A stretch of DNA of 49,349 nt from a virus (Duplodnaviria; Caudoviricetes), in the IMG/VR virus record IMGVR_UViG_3300032290_001111, positions 1 to 49,349 of that record, one strand, 5' to 3'. Below, one piece after another: positions 17,338 to 28,428 of this stretch (position 1 is its first letter; the number at the start of each line of letters is the position of its first letter). A program made the position numbers and the translations under genes. The notes under the pieces are model-generated. The model was not told the DNA's origin, made no database searches, and saw only the letters and a program-made list of their open reading frames with translations.

Positions 17338-20300
17338 TGAACCGCACAGCAAAAGCGGCGGCAAAGCTCCGCCGCATCCTCAAGCGCCTTGAGGTGAAAC
17401 AGGCACGACAGGAGGCACAGAAACAGATCAATGCGGACCTCGCATTCATCGAGACGCAGGAGTGCCTTCATGCCGAATCGGCCTTTGCGCGTAGCGTCGC
17501 AGAGGAGACCGAGGTGGTGTACGACCATGCCCTGGGCGAGATGATCATGGAGGGCGCACTGTGATCGCGGTCAGCGAGTCGATCCTGATCGCCGGGGCAA
17601 TCGTGGTATTCGCGCTTGGCGGAGTGTTTGGCACCCTGTGGTGGGCATTCCTGAAGCGGTTGTTCTCATCGCCGCGCAAGCATCACTGCCCTCACTGTGG
17701 AAGTATTCGCGTCCGGTTCGTTACGGACTGGCACGCGGAAACTGTAGGCCAGGATGACGTAGGATTCTCCGAGACCGCATCGGAGTTCATCTGCACGGAA
17801 TGCCACCATACACACTGGGTATGAGCGACCGAATCGTAGCCCGCTGGGAAACTCGCGGGAAGGATTACCTCGAACTCACGAAGGACGAGGGCCGTGGTCG
17901 CTGGTATTCCTACAAAGGAAACGGCTGCGGCGGCGGATTCGAGGCAGACTCGGACGCTGCGGCCATTCAGCGTATGGAGAACCCGTGGGGACACCCAGAC
18001 GGCACCGGACAGGTCACGGTGCTGAAAACCGACCGGCCATCGCTAAGGAGGGTGAAGTGAATCGGAAGAACTCGTTCTCGATCAACAGGCGCGGGCAGAC
18101 GGTCGATAGGTATGGCCGCGTGTTCGAGCTGGACACTCGTGAGATGAAGAAGCGTCGCCGCCCGCTGAAGGGTGACAAATACCAGACGCGAGGGCCGGAT
18201 GTGTATCCAGCCCCAAATGCGATGAAGCCAACGGGAGGAATCTCGTGAAGCGACAAATCGCAGAGCAGCTACCATTGTTGCTCGCAACCGATCGCCAGGG
18301 ACAACTGTTCCTTGGCGACGAAAAGACCAGCCGCGAAAATATGCGCCGGTATCGACTGAGCAGGTTGCTCGGCGAGATGGCCCGTGGACTGGCAATCCGT
18401 ACTGGCGGAAGCAAACCAGAAGTAAAGCCATGAGCGAACCAAACATGATCGGGGTAGCACTGACTAAGTGCTACTTCTGCCAAAAAGACGACTGCATCGT
18501 GATCAACACCAGACTCGGCACACTCAATGCCGCGAAGGTCGAGAAGATGCACGGAAAGACAATCAACATGGAGCCGTGCCGGAAGTGCGCGGGCCTGATG
18601 AAGAAGGGGATCATCCTCATCACCATCGATGACGCCAAATCCGGCGAGGACTGGAATAAACCACCGCTGCGAAATGAAGAGCGCCAGGGCTGGATGCCGA
18701 ACCCATACCGCACGGGCGGATGGCTCGTTATCACAGATGACGCCGCGAAGCGAATGTTCCCGCAGATGGCCGACTGGGCGATCAAGCATCGCTTCATGTT
18801 CATCGAGCATGAGGCGGCGAAGATGATCGGGCTGTTCGATGCGACACCAGAGGAGGTCAAATGAGCTCAGTTCTGACTTATCAGCCCGTGTTCCGCCGTG
18901 CATCATTCGGCGACGGCTCGGTGATCGAGTGCGTCGGCACGGATGCCGAGACGGCGGCGGTGCGCGTTCAGCAAGTAGTCCACGCCGTAAACATGCTCCC
19001 GAAGCTGGTGGGAGTGCTGGAGAAGCTGCTCAATAACGCTGACCACATCGGCGAAGAGCTTCCGAAGACCTACAACTACGAAGTGGCCCGCGCTGTCCTC
19101 GCCGAAGCCAACAACCCGGAGGTGAAATAGATGCGATTCGTAACTCCACAGGAGGACATCGACAAGATGCTGGCGGTTGAGAAATCAGTGAAGCCGGAAG
19201 AGATGGCGCTCTACATGGAGTGTATGGGTGGCGTGCCGATGAGTGCGCGGGTGAAGTCTCCACGTCCATGTGATGCGGAGGGCCGCGATGTTCGGGATGG
19301 CTGCATCCTGACCGGCGTATTCATTCGCTGCCGGAAGCCAGCCAGCAACCCGGAGGTGTCGAAGTGATCCACAGAAAGACACTCGCCCTCCAGGCGGTGA
19401 AAGACCTCGCTGCGGCACATACACACCAGTTCGAGTTGATCCAGGCCGTGTATGCATTGGTGCTGCCGGTGCCGTGGGATCGGATCGCAGTCATGAAGGG
19501 ATATCCTCGGTGCAACAAGAAGACGGCGGTGGTCCTAATGGATATATTCATGGCCTTCGACCGCAAGCATCATCCGGATGTGATTCCCGGAGGAGCGTGG
19601 ATGAACAGCGGGTTCAGCTTCACTGCCGGAGGAGACGACCTTGAGGATATGGTGATCGAGGTCGATGACGCGATCATTCAGCTCAAGAAGGAGGAGAAAT
19701 GATCACTCTTTTCTCATCCAATGGAGAACTGGCGGTCGAGCCAGTCACGGGGCTCGTCATTAAGGCGGACTCGGACTATTATCCGAGCGGGTTCGACGAG
19801 GAAGCCGGACTGCACTGCCTTGGCGGAATCCAGCGAATCGACATCGAGGAGTTCTGCGTATTCTGGGGCTGCGAGCCGATGGATGGAGACATCCTCGACT
19901 TCGGCTACTGGTATGACGCCCCCGCTGGCTCCGGCGATGGATACGAGCCTCCGGCGATGGACTGGCGACTTGATACCGTCATACCGATGCTGCTGGAGGA
20001 TGCTGCATACTACGGTGTTCTCGACCAAGTCGGGGCCGATACCACGCCAGGAGAACTGCTGGAGCTGGTGAATAAAGGGAGAGCCTTCGGGGCGATCCCA
20101 AAGAACCCCGAACTCAGAACAACGCCCACAACGGGCAACGCCACTCCGACATTGATCGGTGATGGCGAAACACAAGAAGGAAAACAACAATGAGCAAACA
20201 ATGCCAATGTGACGGAACCGGAAGACTTATCGAGTCGAACGCGCATATGTACGACGCGGTGAAAGAGCTCCCGTTCGTAGTCCATGAACCGGGAGAGTGC

Positions 20301-21121
20301 AAATGCACCAACGAGCTTTCGACTTATCGCCGAAATGGCAAGTTGCTGGTTCTGTGCTCGTGCTGCCACGGAATGCAGGATGATCTCGTGAAAGAAGGAG
20401 CCGAATGAACAAAAAATACGCAGGGATCGACTACTCCGGCCCAGGAAGTACGATCAATCGCGACCCCGAGACCGGGATTCGCTACGGGGTCATCAGCCAG
20501 CACTCCATCCAATCCGATGTGATGTCGGACATCTGGGGTGAGGCGAGAGACCTCAGCTATGAGCAGGCGAAAGAAGAGCTACTAGACAGCATTATGCGTC
20601 ACGTCGTCATGCCGCGTGACTCGGACGGAGAGACGCGCCCGGAGCGGTGGCGCGACGTAAAGGCGGAGCTGCGCGATCTCTGGTATGGCGAAGGGCAGGA
20701 GATGGCGCGAAATGAGGCGACCGAAGAGATTACGGCCGTCTTCGACAGCGAGGGCAAGGATGGCCGAGAGGCTGTCTGGGAGGTGATCTCGGATCGCTTC
20801 AATGACCGCTATGACGGAGACGGTCACGACTGGCTCTGGGAGAAGGACGGCTACACGCTGTCGAACTGCCTGCAATCGGACGTGTTCGTGAGCAAGTCGC
20901 CTTACTTCACCTACGCACCATACTGTAGTCCCTGTTGTCCCGGAGCCGGAAACCTCGACTCGATCCACGTCGAGAGCTGCCATGAAAAGAGCGGATACGC
21001 AAAGTGCTTCTGTCTCGACGGGAGTTTCTTCGATGATGGGCGAGCGCCATATCCGATGTGGCGCGTTGATGACGGGTCTCTTGTTGACCCCGGCACAGAT
21101 GAAAGTAAAACTGCACAATGA
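17337..21121 (+). CDS. Run of small translationally coupled hypothetical genes (17337-17564, 17561-17824, 17821-18060, 18057-18248, 18245-18433, 18430-18864, 18861-19130, 19131-19367, 19364-19702, 19699-20193, 20190-20408, 20405-21121)
   Basis: Consecutive ATGA/GTGA overlaps and GGAGG-type RBSs; several CxxC zinc-ribbon motifs. Confidence 0.65.
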
Positions 21122-21693
21122 ACAAAGAAGAATGGCGAGACATCGCCGGATACGAAGGTAAATACCAAGTCTCAACCCTCGGCCACGTGAGATCGCTTAC
21201 GAGGGTTGTTTCACATCGCAATGGGAGCTGTCCGAAATACGGGCGACTCCTAAAACAGACCCCGAACACCAAGGGGTATCTACTGGTCGGGCCAACAGTG
21301 AATCGCATCCAGCGCACGAGACCCGTGCATCGACTGGTTGCGGAGACTTTCATCCCGAGGCCGGAAGGCGCATATGAGGTGAACCATAAGAACGGCGTGA
21401 AGACAGATAATCGCGTCGAGAACCTGGAGTGGGTATCTGCGGATGCGAACATGAAGCACGCCGTCGCCAATGGACTGCGTGCGCTCGGCGGCGGTAAGGC
21501 CCATTGGGCCAAATTGCAGGCGAGGGACATCCCGGACATCCGAGCCAGGATTGCCCGCGGCGAGAGCCTTGGCAGCATCGGTCGCCTGTATGGCGTAGAT
21601 CACTCCTCGATTCGCGCCATCAAGACCGGGCGATCATGGCGACGCTGCGGCGGCCTCGGGTACGAGGTTAAGAAGGTTGAGGTAGAGCAGTGA
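21118..21693 (+). CDS. NUMOD4-HNH homing endonuclease
   Basis: EEWRDIAGYEGKYQVSTLGHVRS (NUMOD4); VHRLVAETFI..EVNHKNGVKTDNRVENLEW (HNH); C-terminal HTH. Confidence 0.92.
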   Translation: MNKEEWRDIAGYEGKYQVSTLGHVRSLTRVVSHRNGSCPKYGRLLKQTPNTKGYLLVGPTVNRIQRTRPVHRLVAETFIPRPEGAYEVNHKNGVKTDNRVENLEWVSADANMKHAVANGLRALGGGKAHWAKLQARDIPDIRARIARGESLGSIGRLYGVDHSSIRAIKTGRSWRRCGGLGYEVKKVEVEQ

Positions 21694-23409
21694 AACTCGT
21701 CACCTTCATGGCGAAAGCCTGCATGTATGCCCAGGAGCACATTGACGACAAGGATGCGTGGCCGACTGGCAAGATCGAGCGGGAGGACTACCTCCAGTGC
21801 GTCTCTTACCAGATGGCGTGCTTTTTTGCGCAGAACACTCCGAGGGGAGACAACGGGGTGTGCTGGGACGTGGTGCTCTATGAGCTGGCCGAGCACCCGA
21901 TGAAGTCGGAGAAGCAGTGGGAGAAGATCCTCGGCAAGATCGCCGAGGATCTGGGAGGCTGGAAGAAGTGAGCGCCGAGAAGAGGCATTGCGCCTACGTC
22001 ATCTGGGGTGAAAATCCGGAAGACGGAGAGGCCCCATGCGTGTACGCCTTCAAAACCGAAGACGAACTGCTGGCGTTCTGGGATGGCGTCGAGGCTGCGA
22101 GTGGATGGCTGGATTACCATCCCTGCGACAACGAGAACTACAAGTGGAGCGAGGAACTGCGCGAGGTGGTGGAAGTGAAACCCTCCGGGCCATCCCCGGA
22201 AGAAGGAGGACAGCAGACATGAGCAAAAACACTGAAGATGAACCTCTCTGCTGCCCGTGGTGTGCGGCAGGAAGCGGGTTGCTACTGCCGTTCGGAAGGC
22301 CATCTGAGATAGGACAGAACGCCCAGACATGCGGAGAGGACGAAGACGACATGACCCCGCTCTCAGAATACGAGTGCCACAACGAGGATTGCGGAAAGAG
22401 CTTCTGGGTATGAGTTACCACGTAAAGTCCATCGCCGAACAAGAAATCGACGCCCGTGCGGCATGTAACGTAGGTGGTCGAATCAAGACAGCAATCCGCA
22501 AGCTCGACAACAATGAGCCGTCTTCAGCGAAGCTCATTCTCGAAGAACTCCTCTGCTTCATCGAACAGAGAGACCTCCCGGAACAACCCAGCGCCGACAA
22601 GTTCGATGCGGGGATAGACAAAAAGGAATAACCCTATGAAAAATACAGCAAGAAAGCGCGCCCGAGAACTATCGGCTGCGCGCTCCATCGTCATCGCGGC
22701 GATCGCACCGCTCAAGTCCGCACTCGCGGATGAGTACATCACGTTTGAGGACATCGGTATTGCCGAATCCCCGAGCGGCCAGGCGGCCTACTGCCTCTCT
22801 ATTATCGCCAGCAAGCCCGTCACGGCCCAGGTGCTATCGCGAGAGCCGGGAAGGTTCATCGTGAAGCGCGGGGCGGTCGTGGAGGCATGTGAAGGCACCG
22901 ATCAGGCCATGCGGGCCATCTCGTTCTTCATAAAGGAGCCACATGCTTAAAGCGAGAATCCTCGTAAGGACGCAATGCGGCCACTGGGCGCTCTCAGGAG
23001 CCATTGAGGGCTGCATTCGGAAGATCCGCAGCAACGGAGCCAGGGGCGTGCTTAACGCGCACATCACGGCGCTCGTAGGGCCTCCAGAGCTGCTCAAGGA
23101 GGTCTCGGTAACGCAGTATGGAGACATCGAGCGACCGAAGGGGGTCGAGAGTGTCGAAATCGGCACTGCCCGCATCTCCACAAGGAAGCCCAAATTGTGA
23201 AGCGAGACGGGTGGAAGAGGGTCCCCTCTGTAACGCCAGGCGGGAAGCCAGCGTTCTACTATCACGCCGCGCTGAAGCGGTGGGTGGTATGGGACCGCAA
23301 GCAACAAATGTGGGTCGTGGCGAGTGCCTCAATCCCAGTAATCAAGTTCGGACGACAATCGTTCTTCCGGACTCCAACACAGGCGGCAATCGCCGCAGAG
23401 AAACAATAG
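21690..23409 (+). CDS. Run of small coupled hypothetical genes (21690-21971, 21968-22222, 22219-22413, 22410-22631, 22636-22950, 22943-23200, 23197-23409)
   Basis: Overlapping start/stop codons, RBSs. Confidence 0.6.
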
Positions 23410-23410
23410 C

Positions 23411-24889
23411 ATGAAAAACATCAAAATCAGCGACAGCCTCCGCGCTACACTAAAAGACTGCGCCAGCACATGCAGGCCAGCATACATCCTGATTCGCACC
23501 GGGTCACCAATTTACATGGGCAGGCGCGATCCACTCAGCAGCAAAAGAGGAGAGAGAATCATCGCAGGCAAGCTGATCGGGGATTTCTTCTCGATGCGAG
23601 AATCCGCCGGGATGATCTCTTATATGCCAGCGGGGCGGACTCAGGAATTCACCGCTGACGGCCGATGGACCAGAAAAGGCAGGCAGACGATCTCCCCCGT
23701 GAAGTGGCTTCGCTCCATGTTTTCAGAGAGGGTTATCGAGAAGCTCCGCCTCACTGAGAAGGACTTCGCCGCATTCAGCCCTGCGTTCAAAGCGTCAGAG
23801 AATAAGAACGCGCTGCACTTCGTATTTGTCTCCTTCGAGGCGGCGTACGACCAAGCCCGATATGTCGAGGGCGAGATTGGATCGTGCATGTGGAATAAGC
23901 CGGTCGGAGCGTTCTACGAAGACGTAGGAGCGAAAGTGGTGGTCGCGGTGAATTCGGAGAACAAGTTCGTTGCGCGAGCGATCGTATGGGACAACGCCAA
24001 GACATTCTCAGGCGAAAGCATTCCGATGATCGACCGAATCTACGCCCGTGAGCCATGGCACGTAGAAGCCATGAAAGAATGGGCGTTGAGCTCAGGCAGG
24101 GCGCATCTGGTAAAGCAGTCAAACTCGAACGAAGGATACCTGATACTTCCGGACGGGTCCACGTCGTCCAAGGGCCTGAAGATACCGGCACCAGACGACG
24201 ACCACGACTTCTATCCGTATCTGGACACGTTCAGATGGCAGGTGGGTGGACGCATTCTGTCTGAGTGCAGCAGCAATGCCTGCTATACCTATGACCTTAC
24301 GAATGGATCAAGAAGCCCCGAAGAGGATGATGAGCCATACGCTCACGATGTTGACGGAAATCCGATTGAGACCGAGAGCGAAGCGGATGACGACTACCAC
24401 TACGTCGATGGCGATTATTACCCGTGTGACGACTCGCGTATTTGCTGGGTGGGAAGCTGCAATGAATACATGCTGCGCCGCCATTGCGTCCGGCTGCGAA
24501 CCGGCGACTACTTGCCTAAGGATGATGCCGTCGAGGTGAATGGGTGCTGGTATGCCGAGGACGATGATGATGTCGTACGCACGATCGGCGGAGATTGGGC
24601 GCTTCAGGAAGACTGCGTGTATATCAGCTACGCGTATTACATGACCGGTGACGAGAGGGTTGTGACGACTGTCGATGCCGATTACGCGCTGAAAGCCGAC
24701 TGTGTGGAGATTGACGGGGACTACTACCCACTTACTCACATCGACATCTGCCAGACGCACGACGGCGGATACGCGCTCAAGGACAACTGTCGTCGATCCC
24801 CGGATACCGGGGCGTGGATACCTCTCGAAGAAGAGGAGTGCATGGAGGAAATAGAACTCGCAGAGAAAGCAGCGGGAGGACGCGTATGA
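23411..24889 (+). CDS. Conserved phage protein with GSCM / ARAIVW / DRIY / YPYLDTF motifs and acidic C-terminal repeats
   Basis: 492 aa; motifs as listed; repeats of CV(E/Y)(I/V)xGxYY; directly upstream of the peptidase. Confidence 0.7.
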   Translation: MKNIKISDSLRATLKDCASTCRPAYILIRTGSPIYMGRRDPLSSKRGERIIAGKLIGDFFSMRESAGMISYMPAGRTQEFTADGRWTRKGRQTISPVKWLRSMFSERVIEKLRLTEKDFAAFSPAFKASENKNALHFVFVSFEAAYDQARYVEGEIGSCMWNKPVGAFYEDVGAKVVVAVNSENKFVARAIVWDNAKTFSGESIPMIDRIYAREPWHVEAMKEWALSSGRAHLVKQSNSNEGYLILPDGSTSSKGLKIPAPDDDHDFYPYLDTFRWQVGGRILSECSSNACYTYDLTNGSRSPEEDDEPYAHDVDGNPIETESEADDDYHYVDGDYYPCDDSRICWVGSCNEYMLRRHCVRLRTGDYLPKDDAVEVNGCWYAEDDDDVVRTIGGDWALQEDCVYISYAYYMTGDERVVTTVDADYALKADCVEIDGDYYPLTHIDICQTHDGGYALKDNCRRSPDTGAWIPLEEEECMEEIELAEKAAGGRV

Positions 24890-25941
24890 AGAAGCTCCTG
24901 AGGTCAATCCTGGAGATCGAGTCCGAGTCCGGGTGCTGTGATGATATGCAGCAATTCCTGTGGGACTTCGCAGAGAAGTCCGGGTGGGAGAGCCACACCG
25001 ACAAGCTCGGGAATATCTACATGACCAAAGGTAAATCCGAGTCATACCCGTGCGTCGTAGCTCACATGGATACGGTCCACGAGATCATGATGACCGGGAA
25101 GCTCGTGGCCGCCGAAGTGGAGCCCGGGGTCATCACTGGGTTCAACTCCAATACCAAGGAACAGTCTGGGATTGGCGGAGACGATAAGTGCGGCATCTAC
25201 GCCGCACTGAGGGCCATGATCGCCCTAAAGGAATGCAAAGCTGCGTTCTTCGTTGACGAGGAAGTTGGGTGCCATGGGTCCGGAGGGGCCGATATTGGCT
25301 TCTTTAGTGATTGCCGGTTCATCCTCCAGGCAGACCGCAGGGGCGGCTCCGACTGGGTTACGAACATCAGCGGGCCGCTCGGATCGGACGCCTTCCAGAA
25401 GGCGGCAGAACCGTTCCTGAAGGCATACGGCTACGCCCCGACAAGCGGGGCCATGAGCGACGTCATGGCGCTTCGAGACGGCATGGTTGGAATATCATGC
25501 GCCAACATGAGCGCGGGGTATCACAACCCGCATCAATCGAGCGAATGGATCAGTGTTCCGCAGTTGGAAAACTGCGTGTCGATGATCATCGCGATATGCC
25601 TCGGGCTGAAGGAGACGTTTCCGTTTCAATATGAGGCGTGTCCGCCAGCGTGGTCGTTCGGGATGCAGATCCGTGGAGGCGGCTCCAAGAAAAGCAAGGT
25701 GTCGTGCGACACCTACTGCACCTACTGCATGGAGCCGAAGTATTACATGGAGATGGAGGACATGGACGTCTGCCTGAAGTGCTCCAGAGCTCAGGAGTCC
25801 ACATCCGGAGGGATCACATACGCATCCTGTGACTCGTGCGGGCATCTTGCCGACCTGGAGTTCGTAGAGCCGTTTGGGATGCTGTGCTCGGGCTGCGAGA
25901 GATCCATGGACGCCGTCCGTGATCAGGAGTGGTCGCAATGA
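24886..25941 (+). CDS. M20/M28-family zinc peptidase with C-terminal zinc ribbons
   Basis: AHMDTV, GIGGDDKCG, DEEVG, QADRRG, SDV, NMSAGYHNPH motifs. Confidence 0.85.
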   Translation: MKKLLRSILEIESESGCCDDMQQFLWDFAEKSGWESHTDKLGNIYMTKGKSESYPCVVAHMDTVHEIMMTGKLVAAEVEPGVITGFNSNTKEQSGIGGDDKCGIYAALRAMIALKECKAAFFVDEEVGCHGSGGADIGFFSDCRFILQADRRGGSDWVTNISGPLGSDAFQKAAEPFLKAYGYAPTSGAMSDVMALRDGMVGISCANMSAGYHNPHQSSEWISVPQLENCVSMIIAICLGLKETFPFQYEACPPAWSFGMQIRGGGSKKSKVSCDTYCTYCMEPKYYMEMEDMDVCLKCSRAQESTSGGITYASCDSCGHLADLEFVEPFGMLCSGCERSMDAVRDQEWSQ

Positions 25942-26039
25942 GCAAGAAGCTCAAGACCGTCCTCGAAATCGCTGCGGAGGTGTTCGGGATCATCGTGGCG
26001 GCGATTCCGATCATCCGGATATTCCGGAGGAAGAAGTGA
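25938..26039 (+). CDS. 33-aa membrane peptide
   Basis: MSKKLKTVLEIAAEVFGIIVAAIPIIRIFRRKK; ATGA overlap. Confidence 0.55.
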   Translation: MSKKLKTVLEIAAEVFGIIVAAIPIIRIFRRKK

Positions 26040-26143
26040 TCGCCCACATCCATCACATGCCGCACATGCACACGTGGGAGCAACTGCTGGTAGCGGCGAT
26101 ACTCGTCGTCGTGAGCGCAGTTGCGCTGAGGGGAACGCGATGA
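26036..26143 (+). CDS. 35-aa His-rich membrane peptide
   Basis: GTGA overlap; IAHIHHMPHMHTWEQLLVAAILVVVSAVALRG. Confidence 0.5.
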   Translation: MIAHIHHMPHMHTWEQLLVAAILVVVSAVALRGTR

Positions 26144-26943
26144 GCCGCGAAACGCCACGGCGGCGGCCCAGGAAGACCAGGACCGTATTCATCAACGGTC
26201 GATTCATCAGTGCCGACCCAAGAAACCACACGGTAGAAGCATACGACCTCTCCGAGTGCGACCCCCACAACACCTTGATCGCCGCGGTGCTCGAACTACG
26301 AGCCCGCGTCGAGCAGACACCAGCCATAGCGCCATACTTACAGACATTGCTCTGCGAGACGGACGCCGATGGTTCCATAACCCACTACACGCCCGTACGC
26401 TCCGGCGCGGTAGTAAAAGCAATCCTGAGCGCAAGAAAACAACATGAGTAAGAAACGAAAGCCCAAGACTATCATCGTGATTCCAGAAAAGGAAATCACC
26501 CCTGGTGACGTCATCCATGCAGCGACTCAAATCAGCCGAGCGATCGGCGCGGTTCGGGATGCGGTGGATGCGGCGAAGCCGATCATCCGGCACGCCATGA
26601 AGCGGGGGCGCAAGTAATGTTCACCTGGAACGTAAGCCTGAGCGCGAAACAGGTTCTCATGCTCATGGCATTCAATGCCACCGAGCCGGACGAGCACGGC
26701 AGCCAGTTCTCCGCAGTGCAGGACTTGATCACGGACGCGTGGAGTATCCGTGGAGCGCGCGGACTCTGCGAGGAGGGGTTTATTCTCGCAGTTCATGACG
26801 GAGTCCGGTCGAAGTGGACGATCACCGAAAAGGGCAGATTGATCGCCAACGCAATCCTGCTGGACGCGAAATCCCTGTCCGGGATTGAGGAGCGGCTCGG
26901 GAGGAGCCTGCGCAAAGCAGTGAACGCAGCAAGCACACGATGA
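26140..26943 (+). CDS. Three small hypothetical genes (26140-26451, 26444-26617, 26617-26943; last is winged-helix-like)
   Basis: Coupled ORFs; last has LCEEGFI...WTITEKG wing motif. Confidence 0.55.
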
Positions 26944-28427
26944 ACATGCTCGACACATTCAAAGCAGCCCGTCGCTCCGGCTGCCCAATCGTCGCCATAC
27001 GCACTCCGGACAGTCACGCCACCATCGGCGAGATCCTGAAGGCGCAGGAAAAGTATCCGGTGCTCCGCTGGGACGTGTGCAGGGGTATCGTGGGGCTCAA
27101 CGCGGCTGGTTCCGAGGCAGAGTCCACGATTAACGGAGGGCTGGAGCCAGCAATAGCCACTGGAAACCCAGTGGAGGCCCTTCAGCTATCGCTCGCCAAA
27201 GCACCGCAGGGCTCGATCATCTTCATGCACAACCTCGGCATGATACTTGAGCTGAACGACAGCTCCCGAATCCCGGTGATCCAGGGCATCAGTAACGTCA
27301 GGGATGCGTTCAAGTCGTCGCTTCGCACGCTGGTCCTTATCGGGCCGGACGTGAAGCTGCCGCCGGAGCTGTCCGGCGACTCGATCACGCTCGACGTAGA
27401 GCTCCCAAATCCGGAGGCGCTCGCCGCCATCGCCAAGGGCATCCATAAAGCCGGGCAGGTGCCAGAGCCATCCAAGTCCGACATGAGCAGAATCGTGGCG
27501 GCCGTGCGAGGTCTCTCCTCATTCGCGGCAGAGCAGTCACTCGCAATGGCGCTCACGCAGAAGGGTATGAACATCCCGATGCTGTGGGATCAGAAGAAGG
27601 CAATCATCGAGCGCGCGGGAGGGCTCAAGGTAAGCAAGAGCGCCGTGACGTTCGACTCGCTCGGCGGCCTCGAATCCATCAAGGGGTTCGCTAAAATGAT
27701 CCTCGGCGGCCGCAGGGTTCCGAAGCTGGTCGTGCTGATCGACGAGATCGAGAAGCAGATGGCTGGTCTTGGAGACTCCAACGGCATCAACCAGGACGCA
27801 TTCGGTCAGTTGCTCGCAGCGATGCAGAACAACAACTGGTCAGGGATGCTGCTTCCCGGATTCCCTGGAACTGGTAAGACAGAGTTCGCCAACGCGCTCG
27901 GCAATGAGGCTGGAGGACTGTTCATCCAGATGGACCTCGGCGGCACCAAGGGGTCGCTCGTGGGCCAGTCAGAGAAGATGATCCGCAACGCCATCCAGAT
28001 GCTTCTGGCAATGGGCGGCGAGGACGTGATGTTCGTCGGCACATGCAACAGCATGGCGGGGTTGCGTCCGGAGCTGAAGCGACGCTTCGGGCACGGCACG
28101 TTCTTCTTCGACCTGCCGACAAAGAAGGAGCTCGTCCCGATCTGGGACATCTACCGACAGAAGTTCGACATCGCGGAGGAGCCGCCGGACTGCTCCGACT
28201 GGACTGGCGCGGAGGTAAGGAAGTGCTCACAGCTCGCATGGGAGCTCGACATCCCGCTCACGAAAGCCGCGAAGTTCATCACTCCGGTTGCGAAGATCAT
28301 GGGCGAGGAGGCGGATAAGCTCCGCAAGTCGGCGCACATGCGCTACCTGTCTGCGTCATACGATGGGCTCTACAAGTGCAACCCGTCGAAAGATGACATG
28401 GCGCGGATGATCGCCAAAAGCAACTGA
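26940..28427 (+). CDS. Ycf46-like AAA+ ATPase with permuted motif order
   Basis: Ycf46-like N-domain (VKLPPEL, RGLS, FDSLGGL); LIDEIEK precedes GFPGTGKT; sensor-1 VGTCN, RRF, FFFDLP, TGAEV. Confidence 0.85.
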   Translation: MNMLDTFKAARRSGCPIVAIRTPDSHATIGEILKAQEKYPVLRWDVCRGIVGLNAAGSEAESTINGGLEPAIATGNPVEALQLSLAKAPQGSIIFMHNLGMILELNDSSRIPVIQGISNVRDAFKSSLRTLVLIGPDVKLPPELSGDSITLDVELPNPEALAAIAKGIHKAGQVPEPSKSDMSRIVAAVRGLSSFAAEQSLAMALTQKGMNIPMLWDQKKAIIERAGGLKVSKSAVTFDSLGGLESIKGFAKMILGGRRVPKLVVLIDEIEKQMAGLGDSNGINQDAFGQLLAAMQNNNWSGMLLPGFPGTGKTEFANALGNEAGGLFIQMDLGGTKGSLVGQSEKMIRNAIQMLLAMGGEDVMFVGTCNSMAGLRPELKRRFGHGTFFFDLPTKKELVPIWDIYRQKFDIAEEPPDCSDWTGAEVRKCSQLAWELDIPLTKAAKFITPVAKIMGEEADKLRKSAHMRYLSASYDGLYKCNPSKDDMARMIAKSN

Positions 28428-28428
28428 T

